From Bacteroidales bacterium (GTDB taxonomy: Bacteria; Bacteroidota; Bacteroidia; Bacteroidales; Bacteroidaceae): 64,000 nucleotides of DNA. Both the position numbers and the translations under genes were made by a program. Shown here in pieces: positions 61,915 through 64,000 of this stretch. The stretch is from the NCBI GenBank assembly GCA_022773145.1, contig JALEYW010000061.1, forward strand, positions 1,501 through 65,500, read 5' to 3'. The notes under the pieces are model-generated. The model was not told the DNA's origin. It made no database searches and saw only the letters and a program-made list of their open reading frames with translations. Each line of letters opens with the position of its first letter. Position 1 is the stretch's first letter.

Positions 61915-62919
61915 ATGACAGAAAATACAATCATTGCGAATAACGGTTCGTCTATCGTTCTCTACACGACGGACGACGGCAACACCCAGCTTGAAGTGAA
62001 GTTGGAGAAAGATACCGTGTGGCTCACACAAAGCCAGATGGCCAGCCTGTTCGGCAGAGACCGTACGGTCATAGCGCGCCATATAAGAAACATCTTCAAG
62101 GAGGGTGAATTGGATGAAAATATCACATGTGCAAAATTTGCACATATGGGTACAGACCAAGATCAAACCTACGAGACAAAGATGTATAACCTCGACGTAA
62201 TCATATCCGTAGGTTATAGGGTAAAGAGCATCAACGGTACGAAGTTCAGAATATGGGCTTCAGCACTCATCAAGCAGTATCTCATCAAAGGTTACGCCAT
62301 CGACCAGCGCCGCCTCGACCATTATGCCGAATTGAAGGAGGTGGTGCGCTTGATGTCGCGCGCCATCACCCTTCAGGACAAGGTGTCGGAAGGAGAGTAT
62401 GCCGGACTGTTCAATGTGATTGCCGACTATGTCTATGCCCTCGACACGCTCGACCGCTACGACTATCAGACATTGGACATTGAGAAGACGACCAAGGAAG
62501 AACCCTTCCGTGCCACCTACGAGAATGCCATGGATGCCATCCAAGCCCTGAAGGAGAAGTTTGGTGGAAGCCAATGGTTTGCCAACGAAAAGGACGACTC
62601 CTTCAAGAGTAGCATTGGACAGATTTACCAGACCTTTGGTGGCGAAGACCTCTACCCTTCGGTCGAGGAAAAGGCTGCCATGTTGCTCTACCTCGTGGTA
62701 AAGAATCACTCGTTCAGCGACGGCAACAAACGTATTGCAGCCATGCTTTTCCTGTGGTTCATGGAGAAGAACGGCATCCTGTATGCCGCAGACGGCAGAA
62801 AGCGCATAGCAGACAACACCCTCGTGGCCCTGACATTGATGATAGCCGAGAGCCGCACCGAAGAGAAAGATGTCATGGTAAAAGTAGTCGTCAATCTCAT
62901 CAACAAGGACAATCAATAG
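61915..62919 (+). CDS. RhuM/Fic-DOC family protein
   Basis: TVWLTQSQMASLF and YNLDVIISVGYRVKS (RhuM); HSFSDGNKRIA (Fic/Doc motif). Confidence 0.92.
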   Translation: MTENTIIANNGSSIVLYTTDDGNTQLEVKLEKDTVWLTQSQMASLFGRDRTVIARHIRNIFKEGELDENITCAKFAHMGTDQDQTYETKMYNLDVIISVGYRVKSINGTKFRIWASALIKQYLIKGYAIDQRRLDHYAELKEVVRLMSRAITLQDKVSEGEYAGLFNVIADYVYALDTLDRYDYQTLDIEKTTKEEPFRATYENAMDAIQALKEKFGGSQWFANEKDDSFKSSIGQIYQTFGGEDLYPSVEEKAAMLLYLVVKNHSFSDGNKRIAAMLFLWFMEKNGILYAADGRKRIADNTLVALTLMIAESRTEEKDVMVKVVVNLINKDNQ

Positions 62920-62944
62920 GTTCTCAGCTATGCAGGACTAAGAT

Positions 62945-63000
62945 AATTGCTTTCGCTCGGCTATCACCGAGCAAGCTCAGATTGCCCTCAAACGGTAATT
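62945..63000 (-). repeat. Divergent CTTG-loop hairpin mini-element
   Basis: On the - strand gagggcaatctgagc-tt-gctcggtgatagccgagcg, between AATT repeats. Confidence 0.6.
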
Positions 63001-63053
63001 TCGCTGCCATCTACGACCATTACATTGATGATATTGCAAGAAACTAACTCAAT

Positions 63054-63578
63054 ATGAACAACTACGGCACACTGCTCGTCGTGGACGACAATCCCGCCAT
63101 TCTGACGGCTGTAAAGATTTGCCTCAAGCCAGCCTTCGGGCATATCGTCACGCTCACCAAGCCCGAGGCCATTCTCACGACCTTGCAACAGGAGCATGTC
63201 GATGCCATCTTGCTCGACATGAACTTCACCCACGGCACGAACTCGGGCCAGGAGGGCATGATTTGGCTCTCCGCCATCCACCGCAAGCACCCGGACATTC
63301 CCGTGGTGCTGATGACGGCCTATGCCGATGTGAAACTCGCCGTACGCGGACTGAAAAACGGCGCGGTGGATTTCGTGACCAAGCCTTGGGACAACGACGA
63401 GCTGGTCCGCGTGTTGAAAGATGCCATCGACCACAGCAGCGAAGTGGTTCCGCTCGAACAAGTGGAGAAGGAACACGTGAAGAAAGTGGTAGACCGCTGC
63501 AAGGGCAACATGAGCAAGGCGGCAGAACTCTTAGGGATTACGCGGCAAACGCTGTACAAAAAATACCATGATAATTAA
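63054..63578 (+). CDS. Response regulator: receiver + Fis-type HTH, no AAA+ domain
   Basis: VVDD, LLDMNF, MTAY and KPW, then directly LEQVEKEHV...GNMSKAAELLGITRQTLY. Confidence 0.92.
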   Translation: MNNYGTLLVVDDNPAILTAVKICLKPAFGHIVTLTKPEAILTTLQQEHVDAILLDMNFTHGTNSGQEGMIWLSAIHRKHPDIPVVLMTAYADVKLAVRGLKNGAVDFVTKPWDNDELVRVLKDAIDHSSEVVPLEQVEKEHVKKVVDRCKGNMSKAAELLGITRQTLYKKYHDN

Positions 63579-63590
63579 GCACAAGCCACG

Positions 63591-64000
63591 ATGTTATACC
63601 TCATCATTCTCGCTCTCGTTTTAGCAGTGGCTCTCGCCTACGGCGTGTATCACCACCAATGCGTACTGAAAGACAGGGCGCAAACCATGCTCGATGCCAT
63701 ACGCCACCGCGACTTCATGTTCCGCCTGCCCACCCATGGCTTGCTCTTCGGCGAAAAGGCATTGCAGGAGGCACTCAACGACATGGGGCAGGAAATCCAG
63801 CAACTCGTGGCGCAAAATGAAGTGGAAGCCTGGCAAAGACTCACACGGGTACTGACCCACGAAATCATGAATGCCACGACCCCCATCCTCTCCATCAGTC
63901 AGGCTTACCTGCAAAGTCCCGCCATCCACGGATCGCCCCACGAGGAGGGCATCCGAGCCATCCACGACACAACGCTGGGACTGGCGGCCTTTGTCGATAG
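63591..64000 (+). CDS. Sensor histidine kinase, N-terminal part (runs off window edge)
   Basis: Read manually: MLYLIILALVLAVALAYGV...AWQRLTRVLTHEIMN H-box. Confidence 0.9.
   Translation, partial: MLYLIILALVLAVALAYGVYHHQCVLKDRAQTMLDAIRHRDFMFRLPTHGLLFGEKALQEALNDMGQEIQQLVAQNEVEAWQRLTRVLTHEIMNATTPILSISQAYLQSPAIHGSPHEEGIRAIHDTTLGLAAFVD

Overview
Chromosomal window from a Bacteroidales bacterium, probably Prevotellaceae (inferred from gene content, TAnnTTTG -7 promoters and T9SS-like C-terminal tails). Housekeeping blocks are purH-mreBCD-mrdA, a phosphate transporter with a porin, leuA-leuC-leuD-cimA-leuB, queA, rsmD, mtnN-luxS, fabG and a TetR regulator. Between them lie secreted host-glycan enzymes (GH123-like, GH20, GH29, GH16), a C10 protease, a TolC/MFP/ABC export cluster with a two-component system, solitary AAA-DUF4143 and RhuM/Fic genes, and an internally deleted IS66. 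The most unusual items are: (1) a tandem LRR-TPR-transglutaminase pair, where the copy with an intact catalytic triad is frameshifted and the intact gene is catalytically dead, followed by an ECF sigma/anti-sigma pair; (2) a nested set of non-coding repeats, including CTTG-loop mini-elements (one in-frame inside a protein, one supplying the purH stop, one inside the leu attenuator), 9-mer-armed palindromes, and three ~550-720 bp composite elements made of a 21-bp phased array plus a large TGTGAA/TTCACA inverted repeat; (3) a Leu/Ile leader-peptide attenuator; (4) a duplicated operator-promoter cassette beside a response regulator that lacks an AAA+ domain. No rRNA, tRNA or CRISPR array was seen. 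Family assignments come from motif recognition by eye, not database searches.
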